The translations under genes were made by a program, and so were the position numbers. 64,000 nt of DNA. Source: a virus. This document shows positions 52,281 to 62,255 of the stretch, piece after piece. The DNA is taken from IMG/VR virus record IMGVR_UViG_3300037467_000723. The stretch is one strand, 5' to 3'. Under the pieces are notes generated by a model. The model was not told where the DNA came from and ran no database searches. It was given only the letters and a program-made list of their open reading frames with translations. Within the stretch, counting starts at the first letter, position 1; each line of letters starts with the position of its first letter.

Positions 52281-53210
52281 TTAGTAACTTGCTACAGCAT
52301 TAACCAAAGTGATTTGGCAAAGGCCAGCGTCAGTCGCGTTATACAAAGCTTTAAAGTCCATATCAACACGAACGAATTCGTTTGAACGGTCAATAGTAGC
52401 CTTGGTGATGTCTGTTTTACTCAATAAGATAGTTAAAGAGTTGTTGGCATCGATGGTGAACTGGATCTGAATTGATTGCTGTGTACCGTTAGAGTACAGT
52501 AACCATTCAGCTTCGGAGTCAACGTCGAACGTTAATTTGCCGTGGATCTCGATACGACCAGTTACGTACTTAGTAGGATCTTGGCTGTTGTTACCAGCAT
52601 AGATTAACTGATTAGCACGTTTGATAGAAAGGTCTCCACCAAGCATATTCACGTTTGATACACCACCAAGAGTAAGTGATGCCATCCAACCTTGGAACGG
52701 CTTAATCACGTTCTGAGTCGGAGTAGACTTAGTAGTCAACGCAGAAATCTTAGATTGATACTTTGCGGAAACTTTCATCATTCCGTCATCATCGAACTTA
52801 AGATCCACTTCATCAATGATCGCACCAGGATAGCGGCGTTCTTGAGCACCAGCAACTACGTTGTAGTCTGATAGGGTATAAGAATCACAGTTTGAATCCA
52901 GCACCTGGAACTTGTGAGTGTACGGGTTAGCAGCGCCAGTAACCGTATCTTTACCGAGGATACCTTTTAGGAAATATCCAAGTGTGTCCGGATAAGCTAG
53001 AGTGTCAATGTCGATCTTAGAATGACGAGTTGTATTGTAAACAGCGAAATCCTTAGATAGTACGCCACGGCGGCCTTCATCGACAGCCTTTTTAATCTCA
53101 TCTTCGTTTTTAATAGAATCATAAGGAATGTACATAGTAGGCGCTACAGCCGTACCGAAAGTTGTTTCCTTAGCGATTCCCAGGTAACCTAATGCACTTA
53201 ATTTAGCCAT
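52281..53210 (-). CDS. major tail (tube) protein (309 aa)
   Basis: position upstream of the G/GT chaperones; strong ribosome-binding site; followed by a terminator. Confidence 0.6.
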   Translation of the reverse strand: MAKLSALGYLGIAKETTFGTAVAPTMYIPYDSIKNEDEIKKAVDEGRRGVLSKDFAVYNTTRHSKIDIDTLAYPDTLGYFLKGILGKDTVTGAANPYTHKFQVLDSNCDSYTLSDYNVVAGAQERRYPGAIIDEVDLKFDDDGMMKVSAKYQSKISALTTKSTPTQNVIKPFQGWMASLTLGGVSNVNMLGGDLSIKRANQLIYAGNNSQDPTKYVTGRIEIHGKLTFDVDSEAEWLLYSNGTQQSIQIQFTIDANNSLTILLSKTDITKATIDRSNEFVRVDMDFKALYNATDAGLCQITLVNAVASY

Positions 53211-53230
53211 TAGTTAAATCATCTCCTCGT

Positions 53231-53386
53231 TTACTTACTAGATTTTTTTTCTACAACTTCTTCGAAATTAGCGTTGAAGAAATCATCCGGCACCTCGATC
53301 ACATCACCGTTTTTAACAACAACCGGAGCTTCCGGAAGCATAACGATCATGTCATCTTGTTGGCCGACATATTTAACTTTTTTCAT
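53231..53386 (-). CDS. small hypothetical protein (51 aa)
   Basis: ribosome-binding site AGGAGGttctatATG; MKKVKYVGQQDDMIVMLPEAP...; not in the track. Confidence 0.4.
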   Translation of the reverse strand: MKKVKYVGQQDDMIVMLPEAPVVVKNGDVIEVPDDFFNANFEEVVEKKSSK

Positions 53387-53396
53387 ATAGAACCTC

Positions 53397-53837
53397 CTAT
53401 CCGGTTACTTGCATAGAAACGTCGAACTGTTTTATTGCCAGATGAACGACGTTTTGCCCACCAACGATTTGAGGTGGGGTAGTAATCGTATTGATGTGGT
53501 CTACCGTTGCACTGAGAACTGCTCCACCCATGGTCGGATCCTTTCGTAGCTCAGCATCGATTGCGTCCAGTAAGTCATCAAAACCTAACTGGCCGGAACC
53601 ATCTGGTGACAAGTCAATAGTCGAAATTTCTAATTGTGCCGTAAACTCGATAATCTTCTTACCGTAAGGAGCACCTTGAGTCAGGCGTTCTTCCTTCGAT
53701 TTAGGTAATGAAATTACAACACTAGGGAAGTCCGTTTGTTGCATTAGCTTCGGCCGGTAGGTGAACACCTTTTTCACACCAGTAGCATCAGCTATAGTCG
53801 TTTTAATGGCGCTTTTAACATCTTGCCTAGTACTCAC
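53397..53837 (-). CDS. tail completion / tail terminator-like protein (146 aa)
   Basis: position in the head-tail joining module. Confidence 0.45.
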   Translation of the reverse strand: MSTRQDVKSAIKTTIADATGVKKVFTYRPKLMQQTDFPSVVISLPKSKEERLTQGAPYGKKIIEFTAQLEISTIDLSPDGSGQLGFDDLLDAIDAELRKDPTMGGAVLSATVDHINTITTPPQIVGGQNVVHLAIKQFDVSMQVTG

Positions 53838-54349
53838 GTAATCACCACCTCACGTAAAAAGTCAGCGAAATGATTCATCGCGATATCTATTGCAGCACCA
53901 TCGGAAGCCATGTGCTCAACGGTTTTCTCCGACCAGTGAGTAGGGACTCCTGGAGTGAAAGAACCCATGCCGTGAATGACCGGTGTAAAAATCGGAGACC
54001 CGAACCGTTTATCTACAGGGAATGCCGACATACCATACGACTTTGCCCACATTTCCTGACCAGCCGGAAAGTTACCGACATCCATGTAATAAGCGGATAA
54101 TAAACCATCGAAATCAATATCGAACCCATCGCCGTGGACATTGATATTGTGCTTGATGCTTTCCTTCGTGTCGCCGTTACCCCTTGGATTGGTACGGACG
54201 TTAAGCATCGGTTTAAAGTACTCTTCGGCGTATTTTGCAAGATCCTCGGAAGTGTGAATCATAAAACTGTTCCAATCGTCTCGGAAGCTCAAGAACCGAT
54301 TCGACTGATCCCAGGACTTTTGATCCCATTTACCAGTTACTTCGATCAT
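53834..54349 (-). CDS. head-tail joining protein (171 aa)
   Basis: position. Confidence 0.45.
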   Translation of the reverse strand: MIEVTGKWDQKSWDQSNRFLSFRDDWNSFMIHTSEDLAKYAEEYFKPMLNVRTNPRGNGDTKESIKHNINVHGDGFDIDFDGLLSAYYMDVGNFPAGQEMWAKSYGMSAFPVDKRFGSPIFTPVIHGMGSFTPGVPTHWSEKTVEHMASDGAAIDIAMNHFADFLREVVIT

Positions 54350-55221
54350 CAGCTCACCACCACTCGACGATAAGGAGCGAGTAGCTGCTTAGCGATACCG
54401 AGCTCATCCGTTTTATTTGGGGTAGCGTTCACATTCATCACGGACGTTTCTTGCATCGTGATAGCCAAGGCACCACGGTCTTTAATTAATGCACAAGCTA
54501 ACATAATAGTCGCTTGCTTGACGGCTTCCGGGATTGCCGAAACACCAGTACCAACTACGTGAGCAAATAGTAGGGGATTCTTCAGCGTTAAAACATTACC
54601 GTTAATCGCTGTTACGACAACCGATTCTTGTAAAGCGCCATCATAGATTGATAGTCTTTGGTTTACCACAATACCCGTTGAATCCACGACAGTAACCGTA
54701 GTTGCTCCAGCAGAAGCAGCAAGAGCCAATGTTGTGTTTGTCCATCCGTTTAAATAGGTATACTTAACCGTTATCGGGATTTCTGTTTGGCGATTATATA
54801 ATGGCTCACCATATCCATAGAGGGTTGCAGCATCTTGACCGAGAGCGGTATTGTAGAACAAATCATAGATCGTGAACCAATTGTCACGAACTTCAATACT
54901 GTTCAAGTCGACTTGTTCATACGGTTCACGAGGGTGAGAACGATATTGTACGCTCTGTAGCGCAATAATAGGGACTTGGTCGACGTGGACGTTAACTCGC
55001 CCATCACGCCCCATTCGCACTTCCTTGAGCTCCGTATTCACTGTTGCCTCAAGCGATTCTTGCTGGACAATAGTGTCAACCCATGCCGAAGCACGTCTAA
55101 GGATGTTCAGCAGCGCACCATCTTGGGCCTGTTGATTTCCGTAAGCTGTCTGGTCTAGTGTGGAAGTATCGATTCCCGTAGGTGCTTGTTTGAACTCATT
55201 AGCTGTAACATAGAGTGACAT
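54349..55221 (-). CDS. structural protein (290 aa)
   Basis: position. Confidence 0.45.
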   Translation of the reverse strand: MSLYVTANEFKQAPTGIDTSTLDQTAYGNQQAQDGALLNILRRASAWVDTIVQQESLEATVNTELKEVRMGRDGRVNVHVDQVPIIALQSVQYRSHPREPYEQVDLNSIEVRDNWFTIYDLFYNTALGQDAATLYGYGEPLYNRQTEIPITVKYTYLNGWTNTTLALAASAGATTVTVVDSTGIVVNQRLSIYDGALQESVVVTAINGNVLTLKNPLLFAHVVGTGVSAIPEAVKQATIMLACALIKDRGALAITMQETSVMNVNATPNKTDELGIAKQLLAPYRRVVVS

Positions 55222-55686
55222 CTAGTCGATTACCTCCTTTCGGTACTTGTTAATAACATCGAGTACAGAGACAGGTAAGATACAATTCCACTCTGTAATC
55301 ACGCCTTGTTTTAATAGACTTTCAATCTCTTGAATTGCATCGAGCATGTCGTCTGGGACACTTTGATGACCGGATATATACGTTACCTCAACTTCTGAAT
55401 ACGCAGTCCCGAATAGGGTAGGAGGGAGGTTAATATAAAGGTAGCCGTCTTTCTCGTGGATTACCGTTTGAGCCAGATCAATGTCTTCCCATTCGGTTCC
55501 TCCGAAGAAGTTTTCGAACACCCAGGCAGCTGCCTTTGCACGTATTGAAAGGATTTCTATCACCTTATCATCACGAATCACAGCGCCTTTATCGCCGTAA
55601 TGTAATACCTCGGTGTAGGTGTTTAGTTGAATCTTGTAGCCGACATAGCGTTCAAATAACAATTCGGCACGTTCTAATAACGTCAT
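55222..55686 (-). CDS. head-tail adaptor/connector-like protein (154 aa)
   Basis: position after the capsid gene. Confidence 0.45.
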   Translation of the reverse strand: MTLLERAELLFERYVGYKIQLNTYTEVLHYGDKGAVIRDDKVIEILSIRAKAAAWVFENFFGGTEWEDIDLAQTVIHEKDGYLYINLPPTLFGTAYSEVEVTYISGHQSVPDDMLDAIQEIESLLKQGVITEWNCILPVSVLDVINKYRKEVID

Positions 55687-55868
55687 TATTTAATCAGCTT
55701 CGCTTCCTTAAGTTCCTGTACGAATGCGGCCGGAACAAGTGCTTTACCATCTACGAAATGAGCACGAAATCCATCGCCAACATATACAGCATCTTTAGCA
55801 TCTGCGAAATGTTCAACCTCAACGAATTCCGGTTCTAATGAAGCTTCTTTTGCTTTTGCTTTTGCCAT
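55686..55868 (-). CDS. small structural protein (60 aa)
   Basis: ORF. Confidence 0.4.
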   Translation of the reverse strand: MAKAKAKEASLEPEFVEVEHFADAKDAVYVGDGFRAHFVDGKALVPAAFVQELKEAKLIK

Positions 55869-55902
55869 TTTGCTAATCCTCCTTTAAAACGTCATAATGT
55901 AA

Positions 55903-55930
55903 ATGAAAAAGGAGCGTCCGAAGACGCCCC
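55903..55930 (-). terminator. rho-independent terminator after the capsid gene
   Basis: minus-strand gggggcgtc-ttcg-gacgctcc plus T5. Confidence 0.6.
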
Positions 55931-55942
55931 CGATTACATTAA

Positions 55943-56947
55943 TTACGCACGTTGAATAACACCGATAGTATGAGCGTTACCAGCAAGCTTAGCTACAGGA
56001 GCACCGAAGTGGACACCAACGTAAGATTCGTTAAGGTTAGAAGTCTTACCAAGTTGGAACACACGAACGTCTTTAGAGCCAACGTAGTGGAATTCAACAA
56101 GGTCTTCAGTAACGATAGCGAATGGATAGTTGTGTAATCCAGCACCAGCAGCAGCGATACCAGGGATAGTCTGATCCATTGTTAAGAATGGTTCTGGGAT
56201 AATTGGAAGTAAGCCAGCAGCAGTTTGGATACCCATTACGCTTAGACCAGCTTTAACTTCAGCCATGTCAGTACCGATGTAACGGATTGCGTTGTTGCTG
56301 TTCTTCACCTCTTGCTCAAGGTAATCAAGCGCGATTGGGTTCATGTAGATCGCAGTTGGACGGATAGCGAACAACGGATCGTTAACCATGTTAGCAACTT
56401 GAGTACGGATGCCATCAAGGATAGAAGCAGAAGATCCGATTGTTTGAGTCTTAGTGATTTGGTTTACTAAACCTACGAACTGAATGCCACCATTACCAAC
56501 TTGGTTACCGGAAACAGTATCAGTACCAGCCCATAAACCTTTGTCACGTAAGCGAAGTACACCATTAACCATGTCCTTCAAATCTTTCGCCTTTAATTGA
56601 GCGAATACGTTTCCTTGCTGACCAACTGTTTCTAGGTCGAATAAGCTGTAGTTGATTTGGTTAGTGATCGCCTTAACAACTAGAGACTTTTCAACACGAG
56701 TTGGTGATGTTGCTGTTGGAGCGATAGTACGAGGGTCAGTGTATTGACCATCAGCAATCGCAGTTTGATCGAACCAGCGAGAGATAGAACCGGTAGCTGG
56801 GACATACTCAATACGTTGTCCTAAAACACCAGCACGACGAACAAGGTCGTTGATTTCGCTTTGGAATTCTGGAACGATGATAGCACCGTTGCCCATATAG
56901 TCAGCAGCGGCATTTAAGTTAGTGAATTGTGCAATTTGATTTGCCAT
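55943..56947 (-). CDS. major capsid protein (334 aa)
   Basis: position after the scaffold gene; size; strong ribosome-binding site; flanking terminator. Confidence 0.7.
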   Translation of the reverse strand: MANQIAQFTNLNAAADYMGNGAIIVPEFQSEINDLVRRAGVLGQRIEYVPATGSISRWFDQTAIADGQYTDPRTIAPTATSPTRVEKSLVVKAITNQINYSLFDLETVGQQGNVFAQLKAKDLKDMVNGVLRLRDKGLWAGTDTVSGNQVGNGGIQFVGLVNQITKTQTIGSSASILDGIRTQVANMVNDPLFAIRPTAIYMNPIALDYLEQEVKNSNNAIRYIGTDMAEVKAGLSVMGIQTAAGLLPIIPEPFLTMDQTIPGIAAAGAGLHNYPFAIVTEDLVEFHYVGSKDVRVFQLGKTSNLNESYVGVHFGAPVAKLAGNAHTIGVIQRA

Positions 56948-56985
56948 TAATTAATTTCCTCCTGTGTGTACATAATGTGTACTAA

Positions 56986-58107
56986 TTAGTTTTGTTTTGC
57001 TAAAGCCTCGATTTTTAATGCAAGGCGCTCTTCAATAGTTAAATCTTTGTTGTTCTCGATGGAAGCCATTAACTTCGTTTTGTCATCAGCTGCGTCAACT
57101 TCATACTTTGCTAGAGCTGACGTAGGGTAGAGGATTGATTTACGAGCAGACGCTTGTAAACTTGTTTCTTCCTTAAGTGACTTCAATTCAGCTTTAACGG
57201 CCTCAAGTTCAGCTTGTAAACTAGATGCGTTTAATGTTGCTTCTTCAGCAACTGGTTCAGCTACCGGCTCTGCAACTGGTTCTGCTGGAGCAGCTTCTGG
57301 TTCCGGAACAACCTCTTGGTCTGGAGTAGGGTCGGCTTCTGGCTCGACTACAACTTCCGGCTCAGCTTGTGCTGGTTCAGCCTCAACTACTGGCTCAGCG
57401 GCTGGTTCAACAACCTCAGGCTCAGCAACAGGTTCAGCTTCGGGAGCAACCTCGGCTTGTGGTTGTAATTCATCTTTCAGCGCTTTGATTTCGCCACCGA
57501 CGAATTCCTTTAATTGGGCTAACAATTCTTCTAAATTCAATTCTGTTTCCTCCTTTGTTTTATCTGCTGAAGCGGCGAGGGAGGTGTCAGCGTATGAAGC
57601 TGAATGACGGTATAAAATTGAAGCGCCTGTGAAGTATCCTAGACTAGTAACTACAGCGGCTGGAACACCATCGATTTCTCCTTTAACGAGTTGCGTTTGC
57701 GCCGTCTCGTACGAGAATCCTAGAGTCGATTGACTTGCTTTGATTGACATCGCAGCGTCCTCAAAATCTAGTGCGTACACGTATCCTTCGATCATAACCG
57801 GCACAGCGCCGTCACTTTGCGTTTCTCCGAGATAGGCCTCGGTAATTACGCCTACTTTTGCCTTAGGATCGTGTCCAGTTGGGTTTCCTTCCACATAGTT
57901 AACAGCCATTCCTTTAAGAGATGCTACTGCCGGTGCTCCGACTTCAATAGGGATATAAACCCGTAAACCGTTTGCTCCGTGAGGAGGCTCTGTTGATAGA
58001 CGGTTCAGATAAGTCATTACACCTGAGAAAGGCATTCTATTGGGATGTTCTAGTGCGCTAATACTCAATTTTCCGTTAGCAGATGCTTTTAAAGCGATCT
58101 TTTTCAA
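56986..58107 (-). CDS. scaffolding protein with Pro/Glu/Ala/Val-rich repeat region (373 aa)
   Basis: repeated (A/V)EPE(V/A)V segments; coiled-coil C-terminus; position between the portal and capsid genes. Confidence 0.5.
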   Translation of the reverse strand: MKKIALKASANGKLSISALEHPNRMPFSGVMTYLNRLSTEPPHGANGLRVYIPIEVGAPAVASLKGMAVNYVEGNPTGHDPKAKVGVITEAYLGETQSDGAVPVMIEGYVYALDFEDAAMSIKASQSTLGFSYETAQTQLVKGEIDGVPAAVVTSLGYFTGASILYRHSASYADTSLAASADKTKEETELNLEELLAQLKEFVGGEIKALKDELQPQAEVAPEAEPVAEPEVVEPAAEPVVEAEPAQAEPEVVVEPEADPTPDQEVVPEPEAAPAEPVAEPVAEPVAEEATLNASSLQAELEAVKAELKSLKEETSLQASARKSILYPTSALAKYEVDAADDKTKLMASIENNKDLTIEERLALKIEALAKQN

Positions 58108-58126
58108 ATACTCACCCCCTTTCGAG

Positions 58127-59557
58127 CTATGCGTTCAATCCAGCGTCATGGGCTTTGGTCTCGGATTTTTTCTCCTTGATCTTCTTAGCGCCATCAACAC
58201 CGTTATTCTTTTCTTCATTTCCTGTCTTACCTTTATCGCCATTTACTTGACCCTTCGCTGCTTCCGGATCATTCGGATCTTCACCGTCTGTCGGAGCTGG
58301 TGGGGGACTTCCGTATTTAGCTCGATAAGCACTGACTGTACAGTCGCCCATCGATTTGCCGGTTTCTGGATCCTTTTCTAGATCCGGTAAACCAATCTCA
58401 CGGCGCATTTCGTTAATGGTCATTACATCTAATTGGCCGTATAATTGATGCACAGCACCAATCGATTTTTTATCGTCCATTGATGTGATAAACATAAACT
58501 GGAATTCAGCAACGCCATCTAGATCGAATAGACCTAGTAATTGCGTCATGTAATGCTCAATTGAGTGCGCCATCGGACGTACAGCACCTTCGTCAGACAT
58601 GGAATCCATTGTCTCACCGGCACCACGGCCCATTGCCATCGTCGCACCGAATTTCATCGCATCGAGGCCGAATGCATTTGCAATGACCGTAATCAAGAAT
58701 GATTGCCATTGTAGGTACAATGATTGGTCGTTTGCAGCACCTAGCTCGACAGATTTAACATCGTCTGTGCCACCAATGATTGGCGTGTTACTTCGTCCTT
58801 CGACGCTATCTTGCCAGTAAGCACGAAATTCCTTCAGTTGAGGATCTGTGATTTCCTGACCCAAGAATAATAGTTTCTTAGGTGTAGCATTCGAAGCGGT
58901 TTTCCCAGCATACGACTGAGCATCTAATAGGTACTGAATCTGTTGATATGCTGCTTCCACTGGTCCGAGACCGAACGGTGTATTCGTCCGTGGTGTATAC
59001 TTCATCATCATCAGTTCTTGAGGAGTGAAGTCAACATGGCGACCTTGTAAGTCTTCTTGAGCATATCGTCTTTGGTTAGGTGAACCGTTCCAATCCAGGT
59101 AAATCTGAATGGAAGCAGAGTCCACAGGGTAGAGCAAGTAGGGATTATCGGCATTGCCGTCCCATTTTTTAATCTCGAACGTCCCGGATCCGACAACTAA
59201 CATATCCTCGATCAGCTGGCCCAGGAACGTCATAAAGTTATCGTCGACATTTGGTCGCCTAAACACGTTCTTTGCTAACTCCACTTGCTTTTTATTAGCA
59301 GCGGTGAATTTCTTTCCAGGTAGGGGAGTGATGTCCCAATCGAGTTTTGATACCTGGTTACGGATATAATCGATTGCGTGACGAACAACTGCCGTCTCAC
59401 TGAAGGCCCGTAGCCTTTGTGGGTTAACTTTCATGTTCGGTGTAGACTGATTTGTACCAGAGTAACCATAGAAGAAAGGATTATCCTCGGCTTTACCGAC
59501 AGGTGCTTTCCCCGTAAATGCGTTAAACGCAGCTTGTATCCTATCTCGAAATCCCAA
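58127..59557 (-). CDS. portal protein (476 aa, TTG start)
   Basis: size and position downstream of the large terminase; acidic C-terminus. Confidence 0.7.
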   Translation of the reverse strand: MGFRDRIQAAFNAFTGKAPVGKAEDNPFFYGYSGTNQSTPNMKVNPQRLRAFSETAVVRHAIDYIRNQVSKLDWDITPLPGKKFTAANKKQVELAKNVFRRPNVDDNFMTFLGQLIEDMLVVGSGTFEIKKWDGNADNPYLLYPVDSASIQIYLDWNGSPNQRRYAQEDLQGRHVDFTPQELMMMKYTPRTNTPFGLGPVEAAYQQIQYLLDAQSYAGKTASNATPKKLLFLGQEITDPQLKEFRAYWQDSVEGRSNTPIIGGTDDVKSVELGAANDQSLYLQWQSFLITVIANAFGLDAMKFGATMAMGRGAGETMDSMSDEGAVRPMAHSIEHYMTQLLGLFDLDGVAEFQFMFITSMDDKKSIGAVHQLYGQLDVMTINEMRREIGLPDLEKDPETGKSMGDCTVSAYRAKYGSPPPAPTDGEDPNDPEAAKGQVNGDKGKTGNEEKNNGVDGAKKIKEKKSETKAHDAGLNA

Positions 59558-59600
59558 CGGCTAACCTCCTTTCTACTAAAGTGTGTGTACATTATGTGTA

Positions 59601-61244
59601 CTAAATATTTGCGAACTTAAGGCCAGATGATCGTTTCCTTGCGAGATCCACAGCCATATTAAGACCGTCGAGTAAGTCATCCGTTGAACTTTTTGGGAAG
59701 CGCTCCAGCTCCTCAATGAGGTCTTTCTGGGTTGCTAAGAAGCGGACTTGACCGTTACTCACGAGTGGCTCGAGAGCAGAGATACGAACTTCTTTTTTAA
59801 CCGTAGATTTGAACTCTCTGACCGGCAAATAAACGCCTTGCTCAGCGGATCGTTTGGTGACTTCATCTTTAAACATTTGCTGGAATGCAATCGTTTCGAT
59901 GTTAAAATTGAGATATTCGTAGATACTCGCTTTATTAAAGATGTCCTGGATGGTTTGATCCGGTGTTCGACGTTTCCTGTCGGTGTCTAAAACATAAAGG
60001 ATGCCGGTCTTTCGATGACGTCCTAAAGTCAAGATGACTGATGGATCTGCACGTTTTGTCTTTCCAAGACTCGGGTCGCATGCTCCGAAAATATCTAATT
60101 CGTCTAGTGACACGTCCTCAGGTGTGTAGTACCAAATCTTCTTGAAAATACGTGAATTTTCATCAATTGGTAGATTTTGATATTCTGATCCAAAGGCCAA
60201 TCTATTAGTCGCTCTGATAATCATCAAGCTTAATAGATCCATACGTTCGGGCCACAATACCTTTGAACCCTCGTTCATTTCAGCGTAGTTTTCCTTATAG
60301 TAATCTAGCGCCTTCTGACGTGCGATCCTCGATGCTTCCATCGGATTTTCGCCTTCATCACGAGAGTGATAGATACGCTCGAATTCGTTCCAGAGATCCA
60401 TACGGTCAGGGAATGTTTCAATAGCTTGATATCTAAAAGACTCAAAGTCACCGTGCTGGTTGATAAGAGTGTTCAAAACACTACCGAAGTGGATTACCGT
60501 ACCAACAACGAAAAACTTCATTTTCTTCGGATCACCAAGCGGAGCCACGGTTCTAAGAAGCCAGTTATACATCTTATCGATTCGTTCCGGTGTTGAAGTA
60601 CTTTCGTCGGACTCGATATCGTCACAAATAACATTCGGACGCTCGGACCCGTATCGCAAACCCCTCAATCCTTCGCCACCACCGGCTGCTTGAATTTTCA
60701 CTTGATTACTAGTGATGATTTCTAAGCTGTTCCAGGTCGGCCCCTTTAATTTACCGAAGTCGGCAATAAGTAGGGGATTGTCTTCCATCTCACTTTTGAT
60801 AACGTCCAAGAAACGTCTTGCGTTATCTTGCTTATCGGCAATCAGCAGCCAATAGCGCTTCTCAACGTCTTCGGCATAACAGATACACCAAAGCGGAAAG
60901 ATATTTGTTATAATAGTAGATTTTGCATGCGAACGTGGAGCTGCTATAGCAAACTTTCGTTCTAATGGATCCAACGTTGATTCACGTAGAAATGCTGCCA
61001 AATCGTAATGAAACGGTGGGCTCGGTGTGTCTGCCTTCAATAGATCGTGTGGAGGAGCACCCGTGAAATACGTTTTTGCAAACACCATAATGTCCTGGAA
61101 ACCGGCCTCGATACGTTGCAGTTTTGCAATCTCTTGCAGCAGCTCATAGTACCGAGACAGATTCGTAGGATCGATGTTTTGCTTCATTAACTCAGCTTGT
61201 CGTTTTAATAAGGAGATACGCTCAATGCGCTCTGCCGACTTCAT
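59601..61244 (-). CDS. terL: terminase large subunit (547 aa)
   Basis: N-terminal ATPase then C-terminal nuclease with acidic residues; overlaps terS by 4 nt. Confidence 0.8.
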   Translation of the reverse strand: MKSAERIERISLLKRQAELMKQNIDPTNLSRYYELLQEIAKLQRIEAGFQDIMVFAKTYFTGAPPHDLLKADTPSPPFHYDLAAFLRESTLDPLERKFAIAAPRSHAKSTIITNIFPLWCICYAEDVEKRYWLLIADKQDNARRFLDVIKSEMEDNPLLIADFGKLKGPTWNSLEIITSNQVKIQAAGGGEGLRGLRYGSERPNVICDDIESDESTSTPERIDKMYNWLLRTVAPLGDPKKMKFFVVGTVIHFGSVLNTLINQHGDFESFRYQAIETFPDRMDLWNEFERIYHSRDEGENPMEASRIARQKALDYYKENYAEMNEGSKVLWPERMDLLSLMIIRATNRLAFGSEYQNLPIDENSRIFKKIWYYTPEDVSLDELDIFGACDPSLGKTKRADPSVILTLGRHRKTGILYVLDTDRKRRTPDQTIQDIFNKASIYEYLNFNIETIAFQQMFKDEVTKRSAEQGVYLPVREFKSTVKKEVRISALEPLVSNGQVRFLATQKDLIEELERFPKSSTDDLLDGLNMAVDLARKRSSGLKFANI

Positions 61245-61657
61245 TCAGATAAACCGGCTTTCTTCTCCATCTCAGCTACTTCAGCCATAAGCTCTTCATT
61301 CGACTTATCGCCAACGCCACTTACCGTGACATCCACGTCACTAGAAATTTCTTTCTTATCGACAAGCTTACCAGAACGCTTATATGCTAGTTCCATAGCT
61401 TTTACGGATCCTTGCTTAACGCTCTTCATAACAGCTTTATCGACTTCAGAGATGAACGTTTTCATAATCCTATCGGACAATGATTCTAGTAATTCTGCAT
61501 AATCTTCCTTTTCTCGCCAGCGATACAACGTGCGCTCTGAAATACCGACCTGTTCGGCAATCTGCGCGTTTGTCAGCTTAGCTTCGGGATCAGTAATTAA
61601 CCTTGCAGCGGCGAGTTGTTCGGACGAGAATTTCGAGTAATCTACATTCTTTGCCAT
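61241..61657 (-). CDS. terS: terminase small subunit (138 aa)
   Basis: N-terminal helix-turn-helix TNAQIAEQVGISERTLYRWRE; position. Confidence 0.6.
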   Translation of the reverse strand: MAKNVDYSKFSSEQLAAARLITDPEAKLTNAQIAEQVGISERTLYRWREKEDYAELLESLSDRIMKTFISEVDKAVMKSVKQGSVKAMELAYKRSGKLVDKKEISSDVDVTVSGVGDKSNEELMAEVAEMEKKAGLSE

Positions 61658-61719
61658 GGTTGTTGTCTCCTTTCTAGTAATAAGTTCTGAGAATTCTCGG
61701 AATCCGGCTCAGATTAAGT

Positions 61720-61760
61720 AGAAATAAAAAATACCGTGGCGCTCGGAAGCAATCCACGGC
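61720..61760 (-). terminator. rho-independent terminator between the tRNA cluster and terS
   Basis: minus-strand ccgtgg-attgcttccgagcg-ccacgg plus tattttttattt. Confidence 0.55.
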
Positions 61761-61787
61761 TGATCGTTTTCTATAGGGGAGGGAGCT

Positions 61788-61862
61788 GACGGCTGGAATC
61801 GAACCAGCAACGGAATCCACCATATTGGATGCGTTTTACCATTAAACTACGTACAGCATGTA
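61788..61862 (-). tRNA. tRNA-like gene A
   Basis: reverse-complement T-arm GCTGG-TTCGATT-CCAGC and D-arm GTTT-AATGGTA-AAAC; acceptor has a bulge and the anticodon loop looks like 6 nt by hand. Confidence 0.4.
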
Positions 61863-61924
61863 TGCGCCCTTGGATGGTTCCCCCTAATTGTGAGGAACGG
61901 GCAGCATACTAAAAACCGTCTGCA

Positions 61925-62000
61925 CGATTCGAACGTGCGACCTTTCTCTCGAGATACTCGATTGCTCTACCAGACTGAGCTAAGACGGCAAGCTGTACTT
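61925..62000 (-). tRNA. tRNA-like gene B
   Basis: reverse complement GCCGTCT-TA-GCTCAGTCTGGTAGAGC ... GCACG-TTCGAAT-CGTGC-AGACGGT; canonical acceptor, D and T arms; anticodon arm could not be folded canonically by hand. Confidence 0.45.
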
Positions 62001-62081
62001 AACCACACTAACTGACAGCACCCTTCGTCAAGGAGTTTTCCCTATTCTTGCCTATACCTATTGGCTACTCGGTGGCTTCAC

Positions 62082-62160
62082 CACAAAGGTTGGATTCGAA
62101 CCAACGTATGAGAATAGGATTCCGTTACCCAACTACAGGTTCGTAGAAGTTGTTTTAAAA
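62082..62160 (-). tRNA. tRNA-like element C (T-arm only clearly resolved)
   Basis: reverse-complement GTTGG-TTCGAAT-CCAAC T-arm; remainder non-canonical. Confidence 0.25.
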
Positions 62161-62179
62161 CGGAGAATGTGGAAATAAC

Positions 62180-62255
62180 GGAGAGAAGGGATTTGAACCC
62201 TCGAACTAGACACCTGCACGATGTCCGCTTTAACCAAACCAGCTAATCTCCCATA
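62180..62255 (-). tRNA. tRNA-like gene D
   Basis: reverse complement ...GACAU-CGUGCAG-GUGUC anticodon arm; GAGGG-TTCAAAT-CCCTT T-arm; acceptor stem only 5/7 paired. Confidence 0.4.

Noticed and set aside
57230-57470. Pro/Glu/Ala/Val-rich DNA repeats in the scaffold gene as an independent repeat element
   Set aside because: They stay in-frame and encode a low-complexity (A/V)EPE linker typical of scaffolding proteins, so they are not a separate feature.
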